A stretch of 64,000 bases of DNA from the NCBI GenBank assembly GCA_002269645.1, contig NIVC01003359.1, positions 1-64,000 on the forward strand, given 5' to 3'. Shown piece after piece: positions 1 to 10,620 of the stretch. The notes under the pieces are model-generated. The model had not been told where the DNA came from. It saw only the letters and a program-made list of their open reading frames with translations, and searched no databases. Position 1 is the stretch's first letter, and each line of letters opens with the position of its first letter. Made by a program: the position numbers and the translations under genes. The stretch is from Macrostomum lignano. Taxonomy: Eukaryota.

Positions 1-336
1 GGGCGGCCTGGACGGCTTGCTGACCAAGGACAACCGGATCTGAAACGGCACGCGGCCACGGTGATGGGGCTGCTAGACGATGCCATAGTGAATCTGGACA
101 AGTACGAGCTGGTCAAGCTCGCCTTCACTGCCACCGCTTCAAACGCATCGCCAGTTTGTCGGCTTCGAGGCGCACTTCTTCTGGCTGATGCGCGAGCCGT
201 TCCTCGGCTCCCTGGAGGCCATCCTGGCCGAGAAGTACACGGACGCGATGAAGCAAATCTACGAGAAGACATCGATTGGATTCTGGGCGAGTTGTACAAC
301 GGGTTCCAGGAAGCGCCGCGAATGTCGAACGGCTAG
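1..336 (+). CDS. C-terminal part of a globin (globin X-like), 5' end outside the window, 2-3 frameshifts
   Basis: Stitching frames gives DLKRHAATVMGLLDDAIVNLD (E helix, distal His), THRQFVGFEAHFFWLMREPFLGSLEAILAEKYT (F8 His, G helix) and IYEKT/IDWILGELYNGF (H helix), stop at 334-336. Frame changes near 34, 140 and 270. Confidence 0.75.
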   Translation, partial: GRPGRLADQGQPDLKRHAATVMGLLDDAIVNLDKYELVKLAFTATASNASPVCRLRGALLLADARAVPRLPGGHPGREVHGRDEANLREDIDWILGELYNGFQEAPRMSNG

Positions 337-338
337 TC

Positions 339-341
<3 letters not shown>

Positions 342-382
<41 letters not shown>
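342..382. repeat. (GA)n microsatellite
   Basis: Direct reading. Confidence 0.95.
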
Positions 383-383
<1 letters not shown>

Positions 384-675
384 TTGCCGACTCTAACACG
401 ATCTCTATATCTAACCGGCTGGATGCACCCACTGCGTTACTGTCTATTCGTGCTGTAATATTCATTCTAGGTACCGAAAAACACTACGCTACCTGGAAAT
501 TTCTGCTTTGCAACTTTAAAGAGTCCTGTGCTGACTTGTAAGTGTTAGTTGAGCCTCCATAGCCTTGAATTGTTGAATTTGGCTGTGGATTGTTAAATTT
601 GGCTTGTTTTATTGTTGAATTTGGCTTTGGATTGTCGTATTTGACATGTTGGATTGTTGAACTTAGGATTTTTGG

Positions 676-1270
676 ATTTGGCTTGTTGGATTGTTGAGTT
701 TGGCTTGTTGGATTGTTGAGTTTGGCTTGTTGGATTGTTGAGTATGGCTTGTTAGATTGTTGAGTTTGGCTTGTTGGATTGTTGAGTATGGCTTGTTAGA
801 TTGTTGAGTTTGGCTTGTTGGATTGTTGAGTTTGGCTTGTTGGACTGTTGAGTATGGCTTGTTGGATTGTTGAGTTTGGCTTGTTGGATTGTTGAGTTTG
901 GCTTGTTGGATTGTTGAGTTTGGCTTGTTGGATTGTTGAGTTTGGCTTGTTGGATTGTTGAGTTTGGCTTGTTGGATTGTTAGATTTTTTATTTTGGCTT
1001 GTTGGATTGTTGAATTTGGCTTGTTGGATTGTAGAATTTGGCTTGTTGGATTGTTGAATTCCGCTTGTTGGATTGTAGAATTTGGCTTGTTGGATTGTAA
1101 AAATTGGCTTCTTAGATTGTTGGATTGTTTAATTTGGCTTGTTGAATTTGGCTTGTTGGATTGTTGAATTCGGCTTGTTGAACTTGGCTTGTTGGATTGT
1201 TGAATTTGGCTTGTTGGATTGTTGAATTTGGCTTGTTGGATTGTTGAATTTGGATTTGGCTTGTTGGATT
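676..1270. repeat. 22-bp minisatellite (TTGGCTTGTTGGATTGTTGAGT)n, degenerate copies from ~565
   Basis: Direct reading of tandem units. Confidence 0.95.
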
Positions 1271-2008
1271 GTGCTTGAAGTGTTGGAACCCTTGCTTGAA
1301 CTTACCAGTAACCATTCACCAGTTTGTCACCAAGAATTCACAAAAGTTCAACGCACCAAATGCAGCACTGTAAATCGATGTTGTTCGTCTATTCTTTAAC
1401 AGACGATTCGCGATGCTATATAAATGACAGAGAAAAGTTTCTACGAGAAAGTGCGTGGAAATCAATGTATGCTGTGCACTCATGTGCCCTGTATAGTGAT
1501 TGCATCCAGTAGTGTCTGTATACTGTAATCTCATATTGTGTAGAATGTAGTGCTGTGTGTAAGCAAAACGGAGTTGCCCGAGTTCGCCTGTCGTTCTGGA
1601 AGGGCGATCCCGCAGCCCGAGGCGCTATATGTGACCACAGGCACCCCTCTTCAGCCCATTTCTATCATTTTTTAGCTTAGGACCTTGACAGCAATAAATC
1701 TAGTTGTGTTAGCTAAACGAAAATTGAAACTGTCGTCCTTTTTCGTGGCAGATGTTCACAAGCGATTTGTTCGTTAAATTCTAGGCATCTGTCGAATGTT
1801 TAGTACAGTGCATCTGCTCTGTAGCGAAATGGGATACTGATCAACTTGTTAAGTTTCAAATTTTGTTGCATGTACAAGAAAATACTGATGTAGAGGTCAA
1901 TTTGTCTCGGCTAGTCATGGCAACCAAGGGAGGAGAGTGAGAATGAAAAAAATTGAGTTAGTTGAGTCTGGCACTGCAGAATTGCATTTTAAAGTGTTGA
2001 ATTTGAAG

Positions 2009-2806
2009 GCTGGGACTCTAATATTGACAGCTGGGATTCTAATATTGACAGCTGAGACTCTAATATTGACAGCTGGGATTCTAATATGACAGCTGGATTC
2101 TAATATTGACAGCTGAGACTCTAATATTGACAGCTGAGACTCTAATATTGACAGCTGAGACTCTAATATTATATTGACAGCTGAGACTCTAATATTGACA
2201 GCTGAGACTCTAATATTGACAGCTGAGACTCTAATATTGACAGCTGTGACTCTAATATTGACAGCTGAGACTCTAATATTAACAGCTGAGACTCTAATAT
2301 TAACAGCTGAGACTCTAATATTGACAGCTGAGACTCTAATATTGACAGCTGAGACTCTAATATTAACAGCTGAGACTCTAATATTAACAGCTGAGACTCA
2401 AATATTGACAGCTGAGACTCTAATATTGACAGGTGCGACTCTAATATTATATTGACAGCTGAGACTCTAATATTGACAGCTGAGACTCTAATATTGACAG
2501 CTAAAACTCTAATCATGACAGTTTAGACTCTAATATTGACAGCTGAGACTCTAATATTGACAGGTGAGACTCTAATATTATATTGACAGCTGAGACTCTA
2601 ATATTGACAGCTGAGACTCTAATATTGACAGCTAAAACTCTAATAGTGACAGTTTAGACTCTAATATTGACAGCTAAAACTCTAATAGTGACAGTTTAGA
2701 CTCTAATATTGACAGCAGAGACTCTAATATTAACAGCTGAGACTCAAATATTGACAGCTGAGACTCTAATATTGACAGCTGAGACTCTAATATTGACAGC
2801 TGAGAT
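2009..2806. repeat. 21-bp minisatellite (GACAGCTGAGACTCTAATATT)n
   Basis: Direct reading; explains the LILTAET/SILESQL ORFs. Confidence 0.95.
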
Positions 2807-3127
2807 TGACTGCTGTTGCTCTGAAACCGGCAGCTGGATTTGACCTGATCATCAAAAAAGCTTATACTGATTTCCCAGAAGCCGCTCTGCGTTCTCTCTC
2901 AGAATATGTAATTGAGTTCCAGTGCCATCAGGTGAGAAAGCCGCAATTGATTCTTTAATTATTGTCGCATAATTGATAGACAGAATCCCTCAATCAACCG
3001 TTGTGCACGCCACGCCATACAGGTAGATGTCTGCAGTGTAAGCTCAGAGAGATAGCTGAACAAAAATTCCTATTCGCATTTCTGTCCTTCTTATAATTAT
3101 TTGCGTTGGAAGAGCTCTCAAAGGTAG

Positions 3128-3562
3128 CATCTCACCCTGAAGGGCCACGAGGGGTAGCATCTGACCCTGAAGGGCCGTAACAGGAAGTGCCTGGCCCTGA
3201 AGTGTCAAAAGGGGTAGCATCTGACCCTGAAAAGCCACAAGGGGTAGCGCCTGACCCTGAAGTGCCACAAGGGGTAGCGCCTGACCCTGAAGTGCCACAA
3301 GGGGTAGCATCTGACCCTGAAGTGCCACAAGGGGTAGCGCCTGACCCTGAAGTGTCACAAGGGGTAGCATCTGACCCTGAAGTGCCACAAGGGGTAGCGC
3401 CTGACCCTGAAGTGTCACAAGGGGTAGCATCTGACCCTGAAGTGCCACAAGGGGTAGCGCCTGACCCTGAAGTGTCACAATGGGTAGCATCTGACCCTGA
3501 AGTGCCACAAGGGGTAGCATCTGACCCTGAAGTGCCACAAGGGGTAGCGCCTGACCCTGAAG
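3128..3562. repeat. 30-bp minisatellite (GAAGTGCCACAAGGGGTAGCGCCTGACCCT)n
   Basis: Direct reading. Confidence 0.95.
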
Positions 3563-4049
3563 GGCTGCAAAGGTGGCAGCTTCAGTGTCCTCGGAAGATT
3601 TCATTGGAAAATACATTATATTTTTTAAGAAAACAGAGCAGAAAAAGCAAAGCAGCGAACATCTCATAGCTAATCAGACAAAATACTGGCATCTTCAAAA
3701 AGCAAATCTTTGAAACAGCGCACCGCGAAGTCAAGCAGGCAAGACTTTTTCTAACTTTTCAACCCGTCCTTGTAGCGATCCGTGCACACGGAGCGCTCCG
3801 CCTCATCAAGATCTGAGTAAGCTAAGCTCAGCTTTCTTCTCTTTGTGCTTGGACGCAAAGATGACATAGTGCTCCAATTCTACAACCAGAGTCTAAGAAT
3901 AATTTGCACTAAGTTCCCAGTGCGTTTGCTTAGTACTCGTACGTTCAATGGGACACAGACAGCTTCTTTTAGTAAGGACTCTTTTTCTAAGCCTGATAAA
4001 CTTGGTTACAGAAGGCTTATACTTGTGGCCAGCTGCAATAAAACTATGC

Positions 4050-5252
4050 CAGGGAAAGCACAGGGGAGAAGACAGGGAAGACACAGGGGAGATAACAGGA
4101 AAGGCACAGGGGAGATAACTGGAAAGGCACAAGGAAGAAGACAGGGAAGGCACAGGGGAGAAGACAGCGAAGGCACAGGGGAGATTGAAGACAGGGAAGG
4201 CACAGGGGAGAAGACAGGGAAAGCACAGGGGAGAAGACAAGGAAAGCACAGGAGGGAAGACGGAAAGCACAGGGGAGAAGACAGAGATGGCACAGGGGAG
4301 ATTGAAGGCAGGGAAGGCACAGGGGAGAAGACAGGGAAAGCACAGGGGATATTGAAGACAGGGAAGGCACAGAGAAGACAGGGAAGGTGCACAGGGGAGA
4401 AGACAGGGAAGGCACAGGGGAGAAGACAAGGAAAGCACAGGAGGGAAGACGGAAAGCACAGAGGAGAAGACAGGGATGGCACAGGGGAGATTGAAGACAG
4501 GGAAGGCACAGGGGAGAAGACAGGGAAAGCACAGGGGATATTGAAGACAGGGAAGGCACAGGGGAGAAGACAGGGAAGGCACAGGGGAGAAGACAGGGAA
4601 AGCACAGGGGAGATCGAAGACAGGGAAGGCACAGAGAAGACAGGGAAGGTGCACAGGGGAGAAGACAGGGAAGGCACAGGGGAGAAGACAAGGAAAGCAC
4701 AGGAGGGAAGACGGAAAGCACAGAGGAGAAGACAGGGATGGCACAGGGGAGATTGAAGACAGGGAAGGCACAGAGGAGAAGACAGGGAAAGCACAGGGGA
4801 GATTGAAGACAGGGAAAGCACAGGGGATATTGAAGACAGGGAAGGCACAGGGGAGAAGACAGGGAAAGCACAGGGGAGATTGAAGACAGGGAAGGCACAG
4901 AGAAGACAGGGAAGGTGCACAGGGGAGAAGACAGGGAAGGCACAGGGGAGATCGAAGACAGGGAAGGCACAGAGAAGACAGGGAAGGTGCACAGGGGAGA
5001 AGACAGGGAAGGCACAGGGAGAAGACAAGGAAAGCACAGGAGGGAAGACGGAAAGCACAGAGGAGAAGACAGGGATGGCACAGGGGAGATTGAAGACAGG
5101 GAAGGCACAGGGGAGAAGACAGGGAAAGCACAGGGGAGATTGAAGACAGGGAAAGCACAGGGGATATTGAAGACAGGGAAGGCACAGGGGAGAAGACAGG
5201 GAAAGCACAGGGGAGATTGAAGACAGGGAAGGCACAGAGAAGACAGGGAAGG
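4050..5252. repeat. Purine-rich 23-27-bp minisatellite A (AGAAGACAGGGAAGGCACAGGGG), segment 1
   Basis: Tandem units, interrupted at 5253 by the copia LTR. Confidence 0.95.
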
Positions 5253-5510
5253 TGTTAAAGATGCTATAAGTAATCGTTTATCTTAAAATAGTCAACTTTA
5301 TATTTATAGTAAGTGAATCCAAGTTTTCCTTCTAGAATTTTCTATAACAGACTTCTTAATTATATCTATGGTTTTCGACTCCCTTACCTGTACCACTAAG
5401 TTTTGTTTGAGCTACGCCAGTGCTAAATTCCATGTTAACCCTTTTTTTGCTATCTTTCTCAAAACTCAATAAACGCCGATTCATTATAACTTAACAAGGC
5501 TTTCTTAATA
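5253..5510 (+). repeat. 5' LTR (TG...TA)
   Basis: Matches 9658-9915 with 5 substitutions by my count. Confidence 0.97.
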
Positions 5511-5524
5511 GGTTATGGGCCCAG
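5511..5524 (+). promoter_or_regulatory. Primer-binding site GGTTATGGGCCCAG (copia-type, internal fragment of tRNAiMet)
   Basis: Immediately follows the 5' LTR; same PBS motif as Drosophila copia. Confidence 0.85.
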
Positions 5525-5664
5525 CACGCTTCCACTGCGATCTACTGCAGTGTGAACAATAAAGCTGCTTCAGTGGCAGTGCGTCAGTCGGCGTGATTGT
5601 CAGGCTCTACCGTCTCTTAGAAAGTTCAAGCTCAGCAGTCCAGTTGTGCTGGTGGATCGACACG

Positions 5665-8600
5665 ATGTCTTTCGATGCCAAACTACTGGTTGAGAAGTTG
5701 GATAGTTCCAACTACACTGTCTGGAAGTTCAAGATGAAGAACGTCCTGATGGAGCGAGAACTTTGGGAAGTTGTTGATGGTACAGAGACACTTGCTGAGG
5801 ACGCGACCAACGAGGTCAAAGTTCAGTTCAAGCGGCGTGCGAACAAAGCCCTAGCGACTATCGTATTGGCTGTTGCGGATAGTCAAATTCATCTAATTGA
5901 GGATGCAGAAACTCCGAAGGAAGCGTGGGATAAGCTTCAAGCATATTTCGAGCGGAGTTCGCTGGCAAATAAATTGTTTCTTAATCGGAAACTACAAGCG
6001 CTCAAGATGGTGGAAGGTGCATCCATGCAGGAGCATGTTAATCAGTTCAAGGATATCGTCAAACGACTGTCGGCTATCGGGGCAGGTGTTCCCGAGGACT
6101 ATCAAGTCACGATTCTGCTAAACAGTTTGCCGAAGTCATATGACGGGTTGATTACTGCCCTGGAATCGCGAGCGGACGACTTGACGATGAATTTCGTACT
6201 CGAGCGGCTTTTGCACGAGGAGTCAAAACGACTTGAACAGGAAAGCTGTGAACCTAGCAGCAATTCAAAGGCTCTGGTTGGATTCAAGAGGCAACAGCAC
6301 CAGAGTGTCAGACCAAAAGTATGTTTTTTCTGCAATAAGCCTGGTCACCTAAAGAAGCACTGTTACAAATTCAAGAATAGCCTCTCAGTGACAGGTGGAT
6401 CGAGCACAAATTCAAGACCACAGGATTTGAAGAAATCCAACAGAAGGCATCAGGCGAGGATTGCAGACGCCCCAGCAAATGACTTAAAGGACTTTTCAGC
6501 TTCAGATGAGGAAGATTCTGCATTTCCGGCGTTGTCTATGGGCACATCATCGACAGCTAACGAGTCTAGTACATGGATTGTGGACTCAGGCGCAACGAAT
6601 CACATGACTAATGATCGGACAAGTTTTGAGGAATTTGAAGATTTTTCGGTACTGGAGAACATTTCGCTAGCAGATGGACATAAGCTCGAAGCCACTGGAA
6701 AGGGAACCGTTCGGTTGTATATCAATACTGGTTCTGGTAAGAAATTGTGCGAGCTGAGCAACGTTCTATATGTACCACTTATGGAACAGAATTTGTTCTC
6801 AGTATCAGCAGTTACAAGAAAAGGCTTCCGTGTACAATTCAGCGACGACAAGTGTCAGATTTTGAGCGCAACTGGTAAGATTGTTGGAGAAGCTTTGAAA
6901 GTTGGCAGACTGTACAAATTGAAAGGCTTTAACCTAACTAACGAGACTGCATCTGTCGCGAGAAACAACAGCATCGACCTATGGCATCAGCGCTATGGAC
7001 ACCTAGGTGAGCAAGACCTGAAATCTCTAATTAATGGAAAGCAAGTGGACGGAATTGAGCTTAGCAAGGATGACGTAAAAACTGAAGGCATCAGTTTCTG
7101 CACAGCATGTGTGGAAGGAAAGCAACATCGAACGCCATTTGCAAAGGGTGAAGCGTCAAGGTCAACTGAACTATTGAGTCTAATTCACAGTGACGTGTGC
7201 GGTCCCATGAAAACTACGTCAATTGGAGGATCAAAGTATTTTGTCACATTTATTGACGACTATTCACGCTATTGCTCAGTTTACTTCATTAAAAGTAAGT
7301 CAGAAGTCTTAGAAAAATTCAAGATCTTTCAGGCTCTCGTCACGAATCAAACAGACAAGTCTATCAAGATTCTTCGGACTGACAATGGTGGAGAGTATAC
7401 ATCGGGAGAATTTGAGGCATTCTGTGCCCGAAACGGAATCATTCACCAGACTACAGTCCCACACTCTCCTGAACAGAACGGAGTAGCCGAGAGAATGAAC
7501 CGAACCTTGGTGGAGGCAGCACGAACAATGATTGCACATGCTCATATTGGCAAGGAATTCTGGGCAGAAGCAATCTCTACGGCAGCATATCTGCGTAATC
7601 GATCAATAACGAGTGCAGTCAACAAAGCGACACCATATCAAATTTGGACCGGCAGCAAGCCGAGTGTTCAGCATTTGCGAATATTTGGATGCGTTGCCTA
7701 CGCGCATGTCCCAGCTGAGAAACGTCACAAGTTTGACTCAAAAGCTCGGGAAGTCAGATTTATTGGATACTCGGAAACCTCAAAAGGATATCGTTGTTTT
7801 GATTTCCAAACACGATCAGTTTTCGTCAGTCGCGATGTAACGTTCCAAGAGTCGTGCTTCGTGAAGCAATTAGTGGAGAAGCAGGAGACACTTCAACTGA
7901 ATGCAGGTACCGAACCAGCATCGTCTGATTTCAAATGTGTTCCTGAAACTGTCGACAAGCAAGAAGTTCGGAGATCAACTCGAGAGAAGAAGCCCGTTGA
8001 CAGGTACGTGGCATCCGTCGCAACACAAATTGACGAACCGAAAACTCTACAGCAAGCATTGGACAGCTCATTCTCTAAAGACTGGCAAGAGGCTGCGAAC
8101 GCAGAGTACGAGTCACTGATGGAGAACAGGACATGGAAACTGGTTGAGCTACCAAAAGGACGTCAAACTATTGGCTGTAAGTGGGTATTTCGTGTCAAGT
8201 ATAAGGCAGACAACTCAGTAGACAGATTCAAAGCAAGATTGGTAGTCAAAGGATACTCTCAAGAGTATGGAGTAGATTATGAGGAGACGTATGCACCAGT
8301 AGCTCGATTTACATCAATTAGAACTCTACTGGCTGTTGGAGTTCAACGAGATTGGAAAATTCACCAGATGGATGTCGTAACAGCATTTTTAAATGGCAAA
8401 CTAGACGAAGAAATTTACATGGAACAACCGGAAGGATTTGTGGTTCAAGGCAAGGAAACACTAGTATGCAAACTAGAAAGAAGTCTATATGGACTCAAGC
8501 AGGCTCCTAGATGTTGGAATCAAACTCTGCATGATGAACTTTTAAGTCTTGACCTAGTGCAGGCAAAGTCAGAACCGTGTATCTATGCTAACTCTCAATC

Positions 8601-9558
8601 TGCGATCGGTGTGTATGTGGACGACATTCTATTAACAGCATCTGACGACTATATGCCCGTGCTGAAGCAAGAACTGCAATCTAAATTTAAGATGAAGGAT
8701 CTAGGTGAATTTCACTATTTTCTTGGAATTCAAGCTACCTGGAAGAATGGTTCATTGTTTCTAAACCAAGAGCGGTATCTAAATACCATCCTTTCTAAAT
8801 TCAACATGATGGACTGCAAACCGGTATCAACACCAATGGACGCAAGTGTCAAGTTCTACACTACACAGACCTGTGATGCTAAGGTGGACAAGACTATGTA
8901 TCAGGCGGCAGTAGGAAGTCTAAACTACGCAGCACTAGCTACACGACCAGATGTGTCATCTGCAGTGGGAGTTCTCGCGCGATATTGCTCAGACCCAACT
9001 GAACAGCATTGGAGTGGCGTGAAGCGTGTCCTGAGATACCTAAAGGGAACCATTTCATCAGGATTGGTTTTTCAGAAGGACTCGCGTGCAATCGATCTAA
9101 TTGGATATTCCGATGCAGACTGGGCTGGAGATCACAATGACCGACGTTCTACAACCGGATACATCTTCAAGTTGGCTGAATGTCCGATTAGCTGGAGTAG
9201 CAAGAAGCAACAAACTGTAGCTTTATCGACGACGGAGGCCGAGTACATGGCACTCTCAGCTGCTACCCAAGAAGCCACATGGTTACAACAGTTACTACTA
9301 GATCTTCGCGTAGAAAGTCTCAAATACGTTACTATCCTAGAAGACAATCAAGGCTGTATTGCTCTAGCTAGGAATCCTGTCTTCCACAGTCGTTCTAAGC
9401 ACATTGATATCCGTCACCATTTCGTGCGTGAGAAGTTGGTCGGCGGAACTTTAAAGCTAATTTACTGTCCGTCAGAGGAGATGATCGCTGACATTCTTAC
9501 TAAAGCACTGTCTAATGCTAAGTTTCAAGTGCTCAAGGAACTGATTCCTGTTCGTTAA
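5665..9558 (+). CDS. Copia gag-pol polyprotein (open frame begins at 5593; first ATG at 5665)
   Basis: Zn knuckle CFFCNKPGHLKKHC; protease WIVDSGATNHM; integrase HQRYGH..CTAC, DVCGP, TDNGGEY, QNGVAER, SKGY; RT QMDVVTAFLNG, YVDD; RNase H YSDADWAG, EAEY, EDNQG, KHIDIRHHF, ADILTK. No stops or frameshifts. Confidence 0.98.
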   Translation: MSFDAKLLVEKLDSSNYTVWKFKMKNVLMERELWEVVDGTETLAEDATNEVKVQFKRRANKALATIVLAVADSQIHLIEDAETPKEAWDKLQAYFERSSLANKLFLNRKLQALKMVEGASMQEHVNQFKDIVKRLSAIGAGVPEDYQVTILLNSLPKSYDGLITALESRADDLTMNFVLERLLHEESKRLEQESCEPSSNSKALVGFKRQQHQSVRPKVCFFCNKPGHLKKHCYKFKNSLSVTGGSSTNSRPQDLKKSNRRHQARIADAPANDLKDFSASDEEDSAFPALSMGTSSTANESSTWIVDSGATNHMTNDRTSFEEFEDFSVLENISLADGHKLEATGKGTVRLYINTGSGKKLCELSNVLYVPLMEQNLFSVSAVTRKGFRVQFSDDKCQILSATGKIVGEALKVGRLYKLKGFNLTNETASVARNNSIDLWHQRYGHLGEQDLKSLINGKQVDGIELSKDDVKTEGISFCTACVEGKQHRTPFAKGEASRSTELLSLIHSDVCGPMKTTSIGGSKYFVTFIDDYSRYCSVYFIKSKSEVLEKFKIFQALVTNQTDKSIKILRTDNGGEYTSGEFEAFCARNGIIHQTTVPHSPEQNGVAERMNRTLVEAARTMIAHAHIGKEFWAEAISTAAYLRNRSITSAVNKATPYQIWTGSKPSVQHLRIFGCVAYAHVPAEKRHKFDSKAREVRFIGYSETSKGYRCFDFQTRSVFVSRDVTFQESCFVKQLVEKQETLQLNAGTEPASSDFKCVPETVDKQEVRRSTREKKPVDRYVASVATQIDEPKTLQQALDSSFSKDWQEAANAEYESLMENRTWKLVELPKGRQTIGCKWVFRVKYKADNSVDRFKARLVVKGYSQEYGVDYEETYAPVARFTSIRTLLAVGVQRDWKIHQMDVVTAFLNGKLDEEIYMEQPEGFVVQGKETLVCKLERSLYGLKQAPRCWNQTLHDELLSLDLVQAKSEPCIYANSQSAIGVYVDDILLTASDDYMPVLKQELQSKFKMKDLGEFHYFLGIQATWKNGSLFLNQERYLNTILSKFNMMDCKPVSTPMDASVKFYTTQTCDAKVDKTMYQAAVGSLNYAALATRPDVSSAVGVLARYCSDPTEQHWSGVKRVLRYLKGTISSGLVFQKDSRAIDLIGYSDADWAGDHNDRRSTTGYIFKLAECPISWSSKKQQTVALSTTEAEYMALSAATQEATWLQQLLLDLRVESLKYVTILEDNQGCIALARNPVFHSRSKHIDIRHHFVREKLVGGTLKLIYCPSEEMIADILTKALSNAKFQVLKELIPVR

Positions 9559-9647
9559 TATAACTGCTAACTCTTTATCTAACTTTGATATTCAAGACAC
9601 AATATGAACTGTTTGTACCAGTATGCACTAGTTTTTAAGCTAAACAT

Positions 9648-9657
9648 TAAGTGGGAG
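9648..9657 (+). other. Polypurine tract (TAAGTGGGAG)
   Basis: Short purine-rich run directly before the 3' LTR TG. Confidence 0.7.
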
Positions 9658-9915
9658 TGTTAAAGATGTTATAAGTAATCGTTTATCTTAAAATAGTCAA
9701 CTTTATATTTATAGTAAGTGAATCCAAGTTTTCCTTCTAGAATTTTCTATAACAGACTGCTTAATTATATCTATGGTTTTCGACTCCCTTACCTGTACCA
9801 CTAAGTTTTGTTTGAGCTACGCCAGTGCTAAATTCCATGTTAACCCTTCTTTTGCTATCTTTCTCAAAACTCAATAAACGCCGATTCATTATAATTTAAT
9901 AAGGCTTTCTTAATA
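9658..9915 (+). repeat. 3' LTR (TG...TA)
   Basis: Copy of 5253-5510, followed by the TSD GAAGG. Confidence 0.97.
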
Positions 9916-10378
9916 GAAGGTGCACAGGGGAGAAGACAGGGAAGGCACAGGGGAGAAGACAAGGAAAGCACAGGAGGGAAGACGGAAAGCACAGAGGAGA
10001 AGACAGGGAAGGCACAGGGGAGAAGACAGGGAAAGCACAGGGGATATTGAAGACAGGGAAGGCACAGGGGAGAAGACAGGGAAAGCACAGGGGAGATTGA
10101 AGACAGGGAAGGCACAGGGGAGAAGACAGGGAAAGCACAGGGGATATTGAAGACAGGGAAGGCACAGGGAGAAGACAGGGAAGGCACAGGGGATATTGAA
10201 GACAGGGAAAGCACAGAGGAGAAGAGAGGAAAAGCACAAGGGAGAAGACAGGGAAGACACAGGGGAGAAGACAGGGAAAGCACAGGGGAGATTGAAGACA
10301 GGGAAGGCACAGAGAAGACAGGGAAGGTGCACAGTGGAGAAGACAGGAAAGGTACAGGGGAGAAGACAGGGAAGGCAC
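9916..10378. repeat. Minisatellite A, segment 2
   Basis: Same units resume after the TSD. Confidence 0.95.
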
Positions 10379-10620
10379 GCACGCGAAGGCGTATTCAGCA
10401 TGCCAGTGAAGTATGAGACAGACTAGGCCCATGGGCTAAGGTCTGCGATGCTTCACGCCTGCCCCTATCTTCAGCAGGTCAAGGCTGGTGGGAGGTCTGC
10501 ACCCTCTATTTGCCTCTGGCAGCCGCAGACCCCCCCCACGCTGTCTCGCAAGTCGACCCAGGGTACTCGTCCCCGCGTGTGTTCAAGGCAGTCCCTAGGG
10601 CTGCTGGACAGACTGGGCTC
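10379..10620 (+). ncRNA. Predicted HDV-like self-cleaving ribozyme at the 5' end of E1
   Basis: P1 GCACGCG(10379-85)/CGCGUGU(10574-80) with G1.U; P2 CCCA(10557-60)/UGGG(10614-17); P3 GGG(10561-63)/CCC(10571-73); L3 UACUCGU; J1/4 GU; P4 GGCAGUCC/GGGCUGCU; J4/2 CAGA with catalytic C10609. Confidence 0.8.

Larger units (their letters stand above)
5253..9915 (+). mobile_element. Full-length Ty1/copia LTR retrotransposon
   Basis: Two 258-bp LTRs; 5-bp TSD GAAGG (5248-5252 and 9916-9920); PBS; PPT; one gag-pol ORF in PR-IN-RT-RH order. Confidence 0.98.

Noticed and set aside
955-5235. Long ORFs such as PEVPQGVAPD, LILTAET and GKAQGRRQ/SLSSPLC repeats (also at 20412-23646, 31934-34250, 35236-37381, 53974-54762)
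   Set aside because: They are translations of stop-free minisatellite units, open in several frames and on both strands; there is no evidence of coding.
5491-5496. TTAACA as a canonical CA end of the 5' LTR
   Set aside because: LTR identity continues 14 bp further, and both the PBS and the TSD fix the end at 5510/9915.
10410-10452. SECIS-like AUGA/GA quartet
   Set aside because: It lies in a 5' UTR, has no SECIS-type apical AA or helix geometry, and there is no selenoprotein UGA context. Kept only as a tandem-GA motif.
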